Made by a program: the position numbers and the translations under genes. The notes beneath the pieces are model-generated. The model saw nothing but the letters and a program-made list of their open reading frames with translations, had not been told where the DNA came from and made no database searches. A stretch of 34,063 nucleotides of DNA, taken from a virus. Its lineage: Duplodnaviria; Caudoviricetes. Of the stretch, positions 1 through 8,949 are shown in pieces. The DNA lies in IMG/VR virus record IMGVR_UViG_3300037851_000185, positions 1-34,063 of that record. The stretch is one strand, 5' to 3'. Every line of letters starts with the position of its first letter. The stretch's first letter is position 1.

Positions 1-64
1 GGACGGCGTTGCACCAGATCGTTGACCTGGAGCGAGTGGTTACTCGCCTTCTATGGAGCCGTCC
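1..64 (-). ncRNA. candidate structured RNA (three-way junction) downstream of capsid gene
   Basis: 7-bp closing stem 1-7/58-64 (GGACGGC/GCCGTCC) enclosing hairpins 14-30 and 32-47; family not recognised. Confidence 0.3.
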
Positions 65-74
65 CTGGAGGGTC

Positions 75-94
75 CGATCTAATCGATTAGATCG
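75..94. repeat. CTAATCGATTAG palindrome copy 1 (20-bp perfect palindrome)
   Basis: CGAT-CTAATCGATTAG-ATCG, immediately after the capsid stop codon. Confidence 0.85.
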
Positions 95-95
95 A

Positions 96-1490
96 TCAAG
101 CGCCGTGCTGAACGACGACTGCCCGCTTGAACGAAGCAGGGCTGGTCCGGTTCGTCTCGTCGGTCGGAATCGGGAAGTCTCCCGAGAACGACCAAGCAGC
201 CGAGGTCTGCTGCTGGAGGCGATCCAACGGCGCACGAAGGATCAAACGGATACGATCCGTCATCACCTGCATACCGTTGTTCTGCACCGCGAACTCGCCA
301 ATCTTCCCGATGACACCCGCTTCCGAGATGTACTTCGACTCGTCGAGGTACTTCTCTTCAAGGGCGCCCATGCCCGTGAAGATCGGACGATGGATCTCAA
401 TCGCCGTTCCACCCACCGGAGCATTGAAGATCTCAGGCGCGAACGTGAAGCCATAGGACGGATCCTGGTCCACAGTCGCGTTGAGAGGAGCCTCAGTGTT
501 CCGGTAGAACGTCACACCCGCGATGTGCGCCAAGGCGAACTCGCGATAGTGAATGTAGTCGGGAATCGACTGGTTGAGCCGCTGGAACTCGTTGTCGCCG
601 AAGATTTGACTCTCGGAGATCGGATCCAGGTGGCAGTGGTAGCTGCCGTCCTCGTGGACCGGAACATTGTCCGCTCGCATCTGGGCGACAGCCTGACGGA
701 TGTCCGCCATCGTGAACTGATCCGCTGCTCCGATTCCGTCGATCGACGTCGATCCACCGGAGTTGATGACGCGCGAACGATTCGCCGCAAGGACGATGTC
801 GCGAGCCGCAACGCCAGTGTGCGCAGCGTCGAGGGTGAGGGTACCACCATGGATCTCATCACCCGCGATCGAGGGAGCGAACGCGATCACGTTGCGCGTG
901 ATCGGAACGCCACCCGAGATGATGGTGATCGGCAACGGATTCGCCGAAGAGACCGGCGAAGGACGACCGTTCAACAACTTCCGGGTGAAGCCATTGAGGC
1001 TCACCACCGGAAGAGACGTCGAAGCACCAGTCGCAGCCGAGACGACGGTGTTACCCGACGTGTAGGCATTGAACAACTTGTCTCGGGACACGCGGTTCAA
1101 GCTCTGACCCGCCTGGAGACCAAGCTGGTGCAGATTGCGGAGGTACACCGAAGCCAAAGAGACGTAGCTCGTCGGCATGTGGGTATCGATCGCATCTCCG
1201 TACTGGAGGGCGGACGCTTCCCACTGTTCGACGTCATAGGTCTTCGGGGTCGGATCTTGGTTGGCTTGGAGAGCCCGAGTCGAGGGACGCGGAATTCCAG
1301 TCCGGGTGAACGTCTGGTTCGCACCGAGGTTGACGGGCCACTGCTCGGGAGCAGCCTCGCCTCGATACAAGAGACGTGGGTAGAGCGCGTCTCGGAAGAC
1401 GCGGACGAGCGTTCGATCCTGAATTGCCGAAACGACACTCGGATTGAACGCGACGATGAAGTTTCCACCTGGGATCGGAGACTCAGTCAT
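96..1490 (-). CDS. major capsid protein
   Basis: 464 aa, SD GAGGA upstream, follows scaffold-like gene; QYG motif, T-x-x-DIRQAVAQM..NVP and YHCHLDP segments typical of HK97-fold capsids. Confidence 0.85.
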   Translation of the reverse strand: MTESPIPGGNFIVAFNPSVVSAIQDRTLVRVFRDALYPRLLYRGEAAPEQWPVNLGANQTFTRTGIPRPSTRALQANQDPTPKTYDVEQWEASALQYGDAIDTHMPTSYVSLASVYLRNLHQLGLQAGQSLNRVSRDKLFNAYTSGNTVVSAATGASTSLPVVSLNGFTRKLLNGRPSPVSSANPLPITIISGGVPITRNVIAFAPSIAGDEIHGGTLTLDAAHTGVAARDIVLAANRSRVINSGGSTSIDGIGAADQFTMADIRQAVAQMRADNVPVHEDGSYHCHLDPISESQIFGDNEFQRLNQSIPDYIHYREFALAHIAGVTFYRNTEAPLNATVDQDPSYGFTFAPEIFNAPVGGTAIEIHRPIFTGMGALEEKYLDESKYISEAGVIGKIGEFAVQNNGMQVMTDRIRLILRAPLDRLQQQTSAAWSFSGDFPIPTDETNRTSPASFKRAVVVQHGA

Positions 1491-1540
1491 CGAACTTCCT
1501 CACTTTGCGGGCTCAACCTACAGGACCGAAGTCCCGCCAA

Positions 1541-2422
1541 TCAAGCCATTCCCGGCGAGAAGCCATACTTCTCTCGGGTGTGTTTGTTGAAATCCACTTT
1601 CTTCATGTCGAGAGCGTTGACCTCGTCCTTCTGAGCCTTTCCAGGATCGGAAGGAGGTGGTGCTCCCTGCGCAGGGAGAGTGCCGTTCCCCGGTGACGGT
1701 TGAGCAGAACCATTGGACCTCTCTTCCGCGAGAGAGGACGGTCCTGCCGGGACTCGCTCTTCGCCGAAAAGAAAGGGCTTGGACTTCTTCATGGTCTCGA
1801 AGAACTTCGTGATTCCTTCCGGGTTGATCTCCTCGCCCTCTGGGAGCTTGCGGATGTGAGCCCGCAACTGGTGGATTCCGTAATCCACGTCCTTCAACCC
1901 GGCTGAGAACGCCAACTCGCGGATCTCCGTCTCGGTCTGGATGCCCTCCAACTCCGACGTCTTCTCTTGCAGCTCACGCTGAAGTCGCTTGGCCTCTACA
2001 CTCGACTGCGTGAGCTTCGTGTTCAACTCCGAGATTCGATCCTCGAAGTCCTTCATCCGCTTGTCCTGACGCTCCACGTTGCTCATGCCGTCTTCACGGG
2101 CCTTCAAGAGTTCGGCGATCTTCTTGTCGAACGCCTCCTTCTCGTAGGTCTCCATTCCAAGGGCCTGGGCAACCTTCTTCATCTCTGAACGAAACATTCT
2201 CCTCGCACGCGACAAGACGGTCTCGTCCGAGACGCGACCGTGTCCGTTCTTGTTCTTCGACGTACTCATGTCATTCCTCTTTTGACGCGCAATCTCATTC
2301 GTCGGCTTCGCCTGATCTGAAGGAGACGCGGAAGGAGTCGGAGCTACCGACTCGGGTTCGCGTGGGGGATCTGACACAACTGCCGATTCCTGCGTCCGCT
2401 CACTCGCATTCGTCTGTGTCAT
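1541..2422 (-). CDS. capsid scaffolding protein
   Basis: Charged coiled coil, KKSKPFLF motif, P/G-rich tail; directly upstream of the capsid gene; SD GGAG. Confidence 0.75.
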   Translation of the reverse strand: MTQTNASERTQESAVVSDPPREPESVAPTPSASPSDQAKPTNEIARQKRNDMSTSKNKNGHGRVSDETVLSRARRMFRSEMKKVAQALGMETYEKEAFDKKIAELLKAREDGMSNVERQDKRMKDFEDRISELNTKLTQSSVEAKRLQRELQEKTSELEGIQTETEIRELAFSAGLKDVDYGIHQLRAHIRKLPEGEEINPEGITKFFETMKKSKPFLFGEERVPAGPSSLAEERSNGSAQPSPGNGTLPAQGAPPPSDPGKAQKDEVNALDMKKVDFNKHTREKYGFSPGMA

Positions 2423-2435
2423 GGTTCTCCACGGG

Positions 2436-2459
2436 GAGCGACTAAGCGATTAGTCGCTC
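2436..2459. repeat. palindrome copy 2 (variant CTAAGCGATTAG) with extended arms
   Basis: GAGCGA-CTAAGCGATTAG-TCGCTC in the intergenic gap upstream of the scaffold gene. Confidence 0.75.
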
Positions 2460-2470
2460 AAAGTGCTCGA

Positions 2471-2890
2471 TCAGTCCCTCTGACCGAGCAACCTCTGACC
2501 GAGGCTGGTAAGGGTGTTGTTCCCGTCCGCCCTCGCGTAGAGGAAGTTAGAAGCGGTGACGGCGTCCGCAGCCGCAAACCGCATCGAAGACGAACCGGGT
2601 CCGCTCCAGACGACTTCGCCCGAAACGGGAACCACGTCCGAACCACCGATCTTGATCCGCTTCCGACCCGTCACGGTGCCTGCCGTCGCGACCACGTCGT
2701 AGACCATGCTCGCGGCGTTCGCGAGTGTCTTGGCGTTGGCCGAAACCGCAGCAGCCGCTTCGGTGGGGGCGAGGCTCTGAACGAGCATCCCCATGAGATC
2801 TCCCATCGCCATCGCGCGGTCGATGTCGGAGATCTGCTGAACGACTCCGTTGTTCTTTGCCTCTCGAAGACTGGGTACCTGTGCTGACAT
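2471..2890 (-). CDS. putative virion/head decoration protein
   Basis: 139 aa, A/V/G/S-rich, SD GGAGGAG, within head module. Confidence 0.5.
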   Translation of the reverse strand: MSAQVPSLREAKNNGVVQQISDIDRAMAMGDLMGMLVQSLAPTEAAAAVSANAKTLANAASMVYDVVATAGTVTGRKRIKIGGSDVVPVSGEVVWSGPGSSSMRFAAADAVTASNFLYARADGNNTLTSLGQRLLGQRD

Positions 2891-2916
2891 CTTTACTCTC
2901 CTCCATTGAGCCGGGT

Positions 2917-3309
2917 TTAGGTTCCGGCGACCAGAAGTTCCATATCACCAACCCCACGCACCGAGAGAGCAGTAATTTGCTGCCCCGATACCGGGCTTGA
3001 GTACACGAAGAGATCGGAGAGTCTGATGATCTGATCCGCTCCTCCCGCTGTCGTGAACCGAACCTCGAAGTTCGTCGCGTTCCTCACCCGAAGGGAAAAG
3101 AAGCTGACGTTCGTGATTCCAGTACCCGCCAAGAGGTCAACCCAAGTGACGGGAGAATTGACCGAGAGAGACTTCGCCGAATCCGCCTGAGTCGTCTGGC
3201 TCAGGTTGATCGAAAAGACGCACTCTCCACTCGGGAACGGGGCACAGGTGGGTTGGATCGGCCCCAAGGTTGCTGCCCCAGCAACCTCAAGTTTCTTCGG
3301 AACACTCAC
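2917..3309 (-). CDS. putative virion structural protein
   Basis: 130 aa, beta-rich composition, within head module. Confidence 0.5.
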   Translation of the reverse strand: MSVPKKLEVAGAATLGPIQPTCAPFPSGECVFSINLSQTTQADSAKSLSVNSPVTWVDLLAGTGITNVSFFSLRVRNATNFEVRFTTAGGADQIIRLSDLFVYSSPVSGQQITALSVRGVGDMELLVAGT

Positions 3310-3312
3310 CTA

Positions 3313-3501
3313 TCACCCACCAACCGACTTGAGGTTCTTCACGGGAAGAGAGTCGTGCTGAACCGGCATCTGGCCAGTCCCGAACTTATCGGCTTCGCTC
3401 ATCGTGGCAGCCGCGTCCTTGTACTTCCCGAGGTACTCGTCCTTGCGCTCGGAGTCCTCTTTGGTCGGTTTGTTTTGAGAATTGTCTGCCATTTGCTTCA
3501 T
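3313..3501 (-). CDS. small hypothetical protein
   Basis: 62 aa, ATGA overlap with upstream gene, SD GGAGG. Confidence 0.6.
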   Translation of the reverse strand: MKQMADNSQNKPTKEDSERKDEYLGKYKDAAATMSEADKFGTGQMPVQHDSLPVKNLKSVGG

Positions 3502-3707
3502 CCTCCGAGTTTAACCGGCTTCGGCTCTTTCGCTGCCTCACCAGGCTTGACGTTTCCCTCGACGCCCCAGGGCTTGTTGCCCTTGCAGTCGCACTTGGGC
3601 TGACCACAAGCACCACAGTAGCCGGGAACTTTCCCAGAACCACCGGACTCACCCAACTTCTCTGCGATTGATCGGGGGCTACGAGGAGACTTTTCCATGA
3701 AACCCAC
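3498..3707 (-). CDS. small Cys-containing hypothetical protein
   Basis: 69 aa, CGAC..CDC motif. Confidence 0.55.
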   Translation of the reverse strand: MGFMEKSPRSPRSIAEKLGESGGSGKVPGYCGACGQPKCDCKGNKPWGVEGNVKPGEAAKEPKPVKLGG

Positions 3708-3737
3708 TCATACCAGCGAGGGAGTGGGGGTCACAAG

Positions 3738-3920
3738 CTACTTGAGACGTTTGTACGGAATCGGATTGGAAACGGGATTGTCCGGTGGCTGATCTGGAAG
3801 TGAACCAGACTCTCGCTTTTGCTCTTCGAGAACGCGACGCTTCTCGTTCGCCATCTCGCCTTCGGAGGGAAACGGCTTCGGAGGAATCTTGATCGGATCG
3901 TTGGGTGGTGAGTGGGCCAT
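3738..3920 (-). CDS. small proline-rich hypothetical protein
   Basis: ATG at 3920 two bases after the upstream stop, SD GGGAG; start trimmed from the ORF track. Confidence 0.55.
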   Translation of the reverse strand: MAHSPPNDPIKIPPKPFPSEGEMANEKRRVLEEQKRESGSLPDQPPDNPVSNPIPYKRLK

Positions 3921-3922
3921 TT

Positions 3923-4390
3923 CTACATCTCCCTGTACGCGGTGAGACCAACGTAGCCGGAACCGTCCGCAACCGCGTCTCCCGCGACTCCGATCCGGTA
4001 GAACTTGAACCCGCCTGGAATCGACAACGCAATTCCAGCGGTTGCGATTGCGGCTGCGACGGAGAGCCCGTTGCCGTTCTGAGTGAGACCAGTGACCGCT
4101 GGGATCGCCATCTGAAGACCGAACCAAAGAAGTCCGTCGAAGGATCCCTCTATCGAGACCGTGAACGTGGTGTGCGCTCCTGCGTCCGTGACCTTGAGGA
4201 GAAGCAACGCCTTGACTCGCTCTAGGAGCTTGTCGTCGGTCTGAAGGAAGCGATTGTCCGCGACCCCCGAGGGCTTCGTTGCCGCGATGACGTACTTCTG
4301 AGCGGAAGGAACGGTCCCAGACGAGACCTGTGGAATCGGATCGGATGCAGCTTCATCCTTGAACGCGAGCCTGGAGATTCGGTTGCTCAC
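3923..4390 (-). CDS. putative virion structural protein
   Basis: 155 aa, GTGA overlap, SIEGSFDG..W beta-sandwich-like segment. Confidence 0.55.
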   Translation of the reverse strand: MSNRISRLAFKDEAASDPIPQVSSGTVPSAQKYVIAATKPSGVADNRFLQTDDKLLERVKALLLLKVTDAGAHTTFTVSIEGSFDGLLWFGLQMAIPAVTGLTQNGNGLSVAAAIATAGIALSIPGGFKFYRIGVAGDAVADGSGYVGLTAYREM

Positions 4391-4980
4391 GCTTCTTCTC
4401 CTTCGCTCTCTTCACTCTCCTCGCCCTCGTCACTCTCCTCGCCCTTGTCCTTATTTCCCGCACGAGCCTCAGAGATACCAATCGCAACGGCCTGCTTCCA
4501 CTCGGGGCTGTCCTTCTTTGGGTTCCCTTTTGCGCGCATGTGCTTCTCGATGTTCTTGGAAGCAGCCGACTGCTCCTCCTCGGTGAGAGGCTCATACTCG
4601 GGGTTGAGGTACTGGGTCGCGTGCTTCAGCTCGTCCAGTGCGTGCTGGACCATCTCCTCGTCGGGTTCCTTCTCCGAGAGAGCGGACGCCATGGACATCA
4701 CGGCCTCGAAGATTTCCGGCTCATTCTCTTCGAGCCACTTCAGGAGTTCTTCGGCTGCTTCGACGTCATCGACCACTTCCTCACCTGCCCAGTACGGGCT
4801 GTGGGACGCTTCGCCCTCTTCGGGAAGTTCGTCTTCTCCGAGGAGGAGATCGAGATCATCCGATTCCTTCTTCTCGGGTGAGGCTCCTGGCTTCGCTTTG
4901 GGTGGTTGAGCCTTGGGAGCCTTCTCGGGCTGCTTCTTTCCCTTGGCCCAGTTGCGAAGCACATCTCCTGAAATTGCCAT
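4387..4980 (-). CDS. acidic hypothetical protein with KQAVAIGISEAR motif
   Basis: 197 aa, very E/D-rich; C-terminal motif resembles the DUF6496-type KQAIAIxLSEAR; SD GGAGG. Confidence 0.65.
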   Translation of the reverse strand: MAISGDVLRNWAKGKKQPEKAPKAQPPKAKPGASPEKKESDDLDLLLGEDELPEEGEASHSPYWAGEEVVDDVEAAEELLKWLEENEPEIFEAVMSMASALSEKEPDEEMVQHALDELKHATQYLNPEYEPLTEEEQSAASKNIEKHMRAKGNPKKDSPEWKQAVAIGISEARAGNKDKGEESDEGEESEESEGEEA

Positions 4981-5003
4981 GAACGATTCCTCCAGATTCG
5001 CCG

Positions 5004-5246
5004 CTACCCTACAGACGCGGGTTGGTTCTGAGCAAGAGCTTCAGTCTTTTCGACCTTCTCGGGGATCAGGTCTTTCGGGTCGATGATCGATCGCTCGATT
5101 CGTAGCCGTTTAACCTTTCCGTCTACGACCTCGATATGGATGGTTCCAAACCACTTCGTTCGAGTGACTTTCTTGAGGAGGCGATACAGTGCTGGCTCCC
5201 AGCGTTTGATCTCGTCCTCCTGGGACGCCTGATTGGTCATTCCCAT
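5004..5246 (-). CDS. YezD/DUF2292-like small protein
   Basis: FGTIHIEVVDGKVKRLRIERSI motif; SD GGAGGT. Confidence 0.5.
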   Translation of the reverse strand: MGMTNQASQEDEIKRWEPALYRLLKKVTRTKWFGTIHIEVVDGKVKRLRIERSIIDPKDLIPEKVEKTEALAQNQPASVG

Positions 5247-5388
5247 CTACCTCCCACGCGACCTTCAGTCCACGCGCTCTCGCATACTCTTCGACTTCTG
5301 CTCGGGAGTACACACGAACCTGACGCGAAATCGACTCCTGAATCTTCTCGAAGGGAGTCTTCACGTCGCCGATTCGTTTCCGTCTCAT
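5110..5388 (-). CDS. hypothetical protein
   Basis: ATGA overlap with the gpF-like stop; its tail overlaps the next gene by 137 nt. Confidence 0.35.
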   Translation of the reverse strand: MRRKRIGDVKTPFEKIQESISRQVRVYSRAEVEEYARARGLKVAWEVDGNDQSGVPGGRDQTLGASTVSPPQESHSNEVVWNHPYRGRRRKG

Positions 5389-6437
5389 TTGTAGGGACGT
5401 CCGGGTCGATGTCCCGGTGGGATCTCTACACCAACTTTCGCTCGCCATCGAGTCGGCTCTGCCGCTCTGAGTTCGCCCTTCGTGAGTGGACGGTCCTCCT
5501 CGGTCTCTTCCCAGGCCGGATCCCATGGAATGACGACGGCTCGGTCGTTGGGTCGGTTCGGAGGGTGCATAAACTCAATCTTCACCCAAGCACCCGCCTT
5601 CTTCCGCTTGTACGAAAACGGTTTGTTGATCGGCACCGTCTGCCCGTGGATGAGGAACGAGTCATCCCCAGTCCGGTCGTCGAACGTCTCGATGAGGCGC
5701 TTCTGGAGTGAATCGTCTCCGAGTTCCTCGCTCGTTCGCTTCATCGCCTCGTGCTTGGTCGCTCCGTGTGCATGGGCCATCTCGGTACGGACAATGCGCT
5801 CTGCTTTCCATCGTTGTTCGTCGAGCACTCCACCTGCATCCATGGCGTCTCGGATCATGTCTTCGAGTGGCTTCCCAGAGAGCGCGCCAATGGAGAGTCG
5901 ATTCTCCATCGCGGAGATCGCGTTGAGTGACCACGACTGGGACTGTAGTCGGTACCGTCGGAGGAGCGAGGAATCGACGCCTTCGACCATGTTTCGGAAG
6001 ACTGACGCCTTGTCGAGATCAAGGACGGGAGTGGTACCTCGGAAGTGTTCTTCGAGGAGCTTGTACTCCTTGACCGCGTGCTCCCCTCCGAGTTCGGCAG
6101 CGAGCATTCCAACGTCCTTGAGGTGGGTCTCCACGTCGCTCCCCATCTTGGAGAGGACTGCGTCCACCTGACCGAGCATCGCCCTGAGCTGCACAGGAGT
6201 CGCCTTCTGACTCGCCTTCCCGGAGCGCAGGAGACGGTCGTAGATATCGGACCTCGCCTCTTTGTAGAGCGTTTCGAGACCCTTCACACCGCGCTTTTCA
6301 ACGACTCGCTTGAGCTGGTGGAGGTGCGCCTCAAACAACCGTTGGGCGAACTTCGACTTCGGCCCCCCACTCGAAGGACCAGAGCGAGTTCGAACGACGA
6401 AGCCCTTTGCTGGCTCGGATGGCTTCTTCGTCGCCAT
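5385..6437 (-). CDS. Mu gpF/SPP1 gp7-like head morphogenesis protein
   Basis: KAERIVRTEMAHAHG, DDRT..HGQ and HPPNRPNDR motifs; downstream of portal. Confidence 0.85.
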   Translation of the reverse strand: MATKKPSEPAKGFVVRTRSGPSSGGPKSKFAQRLFEAHLHQLKRVVEKRGVKGLETLYKEARSDIYDRLLRSGKASQKATPVQLRAMLGQVDAVLSKMGSDVETHLKDVGMLAAELGGEHAVKEYKLLEEHFRGTTPVLDLDKASVFRNMVEGVDSSLLRRYRLQSQSWSLNAISAMENRLSIGALSGKPLEDMIRDAMDAGGVLDEQRWKAERIVRTEMAHAHGATKHEAMKRTSEELGDDSLQKRLIETFDDRTGDDSFLIHGQTVPINKPFSYKRKKAGAWVKIEFMHPPNRPNDRAVVIPWDPAWEETEEDRPLTKGELRAAEPTRWRAKVGVEIPPGHRPGRPYK

Positions 6438-6450
6438 CTAATCGATTAGA
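6437..6450. repeat. palindrome copy 3
   Basis: TCTAATCGATTAGA supplies the TAA stop of the upstream gene and abuts the gpF-like ATG. Confidence 0.85.
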
Positions 6451-6964
6451 GCGATCCGCCCTTAACCACCTTCGCAGAAGACTGCCGCACAGCCTGGAGC
6501 GAGTCACCCTTCGCAGAGATGTGCCCGTCCACGTGCCCCTTTGCAGTCGCCTCGGTGACTCCGTTGTAAAAGCGAGAGTTCGGGGTCCAATGCGCCATGA
6601 CCGCACCTTCTGGTCTCCCGGCAAAGTCATTGACCGCGTCAACTCCGCCCGAAAGGTCCACGCCTGCCTGCTTCGCAAGGTCTGGAAGCGATGCGATGCA
6701 AGCGTCCCAATTTGGCTGTCCACCTTTCACGAGGACGCAAGAGGGAGGGACTGGGTCAAGGCGTTGGATGGGTCGGTGACTCGTTCCGTAGTGCGGAACC
6801 TGAACGAGCACACGACCCGTCGTAGGCTGAACGAACATCTGATGTGGGACCGTCGGAGGTGGTTGAATGACCACTTGGGGTGGCGCGGTCGGAGCCACGT
6901 TCCTCGACACTCGGATCGGAGTACCTTCAGTTCCCTTGCCAGCCCACGAACTGTAACGACTCAT
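6446..6964 (-). CDS. hypothetical protein
   Basis: 172 aa between portal and gpF-like genes, SD GAGGAGG. Confidence 0.65.
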   Translation of the reverse strand: MSRYSSWAGKGTEGTPIRVSRNVAPTAPPQVVIQPPPTVPHQMFVQPTTGRVLVQVPHYGTSHRPIQRLDPVPPSCVLVKGGQPNWDACIASLPDLAKQAGVDLSGGVDAVNDFAGRPEGAVMAHWTPNSRFYNGVTEATAKGHVDGHISAKGDSLQAVRQSSAKVVKGGSL

Positions 6965-6967
6965 CGA

Positions 6968-8914
6968 CTACATCCCTCCTCTTGGTCCCTCAACTCTATC
7001 ACCTTCGGGTGCAGGTGGTTCCTCGTTGACCTGTCCGATGATCGCGATTGCCGTCTCCTTCGGGAGACCGAACAACTCCAAGATCATCTCAAGCGCCGAA
7101 CTCACAGGAATTTCATGCGCGTGTACCTGCTGAACGATTGAGACGAGGGCTTGAGTTCCACCCACGCCGATCTTCACAGCGAGTGCCTCGTCTGGAGAGC
7201 CTTCGCCCGTGTCACCTTCTCCCTCTTCGAGTGGTGACTCTTCTACCCCGAACTCGTCGCCGTAGTTCTGGACGGGTTGGTTCTTCATCTGTTCGAGAAC
7301 CCGTCGCTTGAGGCCCTCGACGTCTTCGATTCCGAACGCCCGAGCAACGAGTTGAATGCCAGTCTCGATGTCGATGAGGTTCGCCATGACCGCTGCTGCT
7401 GTGGTCGAGACGAGCATCTGAATATCGCCTGGAGTTGGAGGGAAGAACTCACCCCACTTGAGAGAGACCAAGGAACCGAACCCTGGCGATCGTTCCACGA
7501 ACTCACGTGCGGGTTGGATGTCTGGATTGAGTGGATCGGGATCCTTCTCAACGATTCTTGGAGGAACGTCGAAGAGTGGGACCACGTTCCCGGTGTACTG
7601 AGCAGGCTTCGCCCAGAGTCGGGCGAGTTCGAGAACGATCGCCGTGATCGTCTCAATACCTTCACCGTACTGCTCCCTCAGCCGCGCTGCTTTCTTGAGC
7701 ATGGGCTGGAAGAGGAGCTTAATCGCGAGTGCAGACTGAGCAGCGCCCGACATCGTCGCTGGATCCGCGAGAATGACCTGACACTTGTCTAGCGCGCTCT
7801 GCTTCAGGTCTTTGACGAACGCGGAAGAGGCCGACTGGGCCGAACCAGACATCTCCAAGTACGAAGCAGAACCGCCGATGCCGACGTTGAGCGCGTTCTC
7901 GGACCCCTTCCGAATCGGGACGTTCATCTTCTCCAATTTGGGGTCGCGACCCAGGATCAACGTCGGGTCTTGGTTCACGAGCAGGGCACGATTCTGCTGG
8001 GAGACCTGGCGATCAATCGCCTCGAAGAGTTGATACGCACCTTCGCAATCTGGGATCCCATCGAAGTCATCGGAGCACGGGATGTTCTGAATCCAGACTC
8101 CAGGGAAGATTCCAAGCCCGTGCCGATGGGTCTGGTACTCGTCCACGACCAACTCTGGGAGGTTGGTTCCCTCGACCGGAGCAGGGTGGAAGTGGACATC
8201 CATCTCCTCGTCGATGATGCGCCGATACAAGAACGGCATCTGCTGGACCTTCCCCGTTGGTCTTCCGGTCTTCTGGTCCACCACCTCGACCTCTCTGAAG
8301 AACAAGTATTGGATGAGTACGCCTGCAAGCGTTCGTGAGTCGGGGTCATCCCAAACGTAGTCGGAGATCGTCTTCGGGTTGTGTGCCTTGAACACGAACC
8401 GTCCACGTCCCTTGCGCCTGTCCTTCTTCAGGCCGACCGTAACGAGCGAAGAACCCATCGACCCACCGTAGGAGCGAGCCTGGGTCATCTCTCGCCAGAA
8501 GAAGGACTGCTTGAAGACGGCCTGGAGGAAGTCATCCGCGATAGGGTCGTCTTCGACCTGGACTCTCGGGGTACGGTCCTCGCCGAAGAGGAGGTCTGTG
8601 AATCGATCGACCACGAGCGGAGTGAGGCGTTGGGGTGCAGTCGGACGCTTCTGATGGACCTTCAGACCCTCGGCTTGGTTCACGAAGCCAGTAGGAAGAA
8701 TCACATCCGGGGAAATGGACTCGACTACGTCCGCTGGGTAGCCACTCCAATCGTGCTCCAGGTGAACGTACTCAAGGCACTTGTAGAACGCGTCGTATCG
8801 ATCCAATCGCCTGTATCGAGTCGAAGCCCCGTCCAGCCCTGCCTGGTACAACTTCTGACGGACCTCGAACGCACGTGGGAACGCCGAACCACCAAAGGAC
8901 AGATCGATCGCCAT
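6968..8914 (-). CDS. portal protein
   Basis: 648 aa; LTPLVVDRFTDLLFG, HRHGLGIFPGVWIQN, QSALAIKLLFQP motifs of SPP1 gp6-like portals; acidic C-terminal extension. Confidence 0.88.
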   Translation of the reverse strand: MAIDLSFGGSAFPRAFEVRQKLYQAGLDGASTRYRRLDRYDAFYKCLEYVHLEHDWSGYPADVVESISPDVILPTGFVNQAEGLKVHQKRPTAPQRLTPLVVDRFTDLLFGEDRTPRVQVEDDPIADDFLQAVFKQSFFWREMTQARSYGGSMGSSLVTVGLKKDRRKGRGRFVFKAHNPKTISDYVWDDPDSRTLAGVLIQYLFFREVEVVDQKTGRPTGKVQQMPFLYRRIIDEEMDVHFHPAPVEGTNLPELVVDEYQTHRHGLGIFPGVWIQNIPCSDDFDGIPDCEGAYQLFEAIDRQVSQQNRALLVNQDPTLILGRDPKLEKMNVPIRKGSENALNVGIGGSASYLEMSGSAQSASSAFVKDLKQSALDKCQVILADPATMSGAAQSALAIKLLFQPMLKKAARLREQYGEGIETITAIVLELARLWAKPAQYTGNVVPLFDVPPRIVEKDPDPLNPDIQPAREFVERSPGFGSLVSLKWGEFFPPTPGDIQMLVSTTAAAVMANLIDIETGIQLVARAFGIEDVEGLKRRVLEQMKNQPVQNYGDEFGVEESPLEEGEGDTGEGSPDEALAVKIGVGGTQALVSIVQQVHAHEIPVSSALEMILELFGLPKETAIAIIGQVNEEPPAPEGDRVEGPRGGM

Positions 8915-8949
8915 GGCGAGAACCTACTCCAAGAGACCCCTTCCCGTCG

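Noticed and set aside
9-1634. 541-aa plus-strand ORF and other long plus-strand ORFs (e.g. 14348-15331, 27364-28104)
   Set aside because: Antisense shadows of well-supported minus-strand genes in GC-rich DNA; Arg/Ser-rich, no motifs
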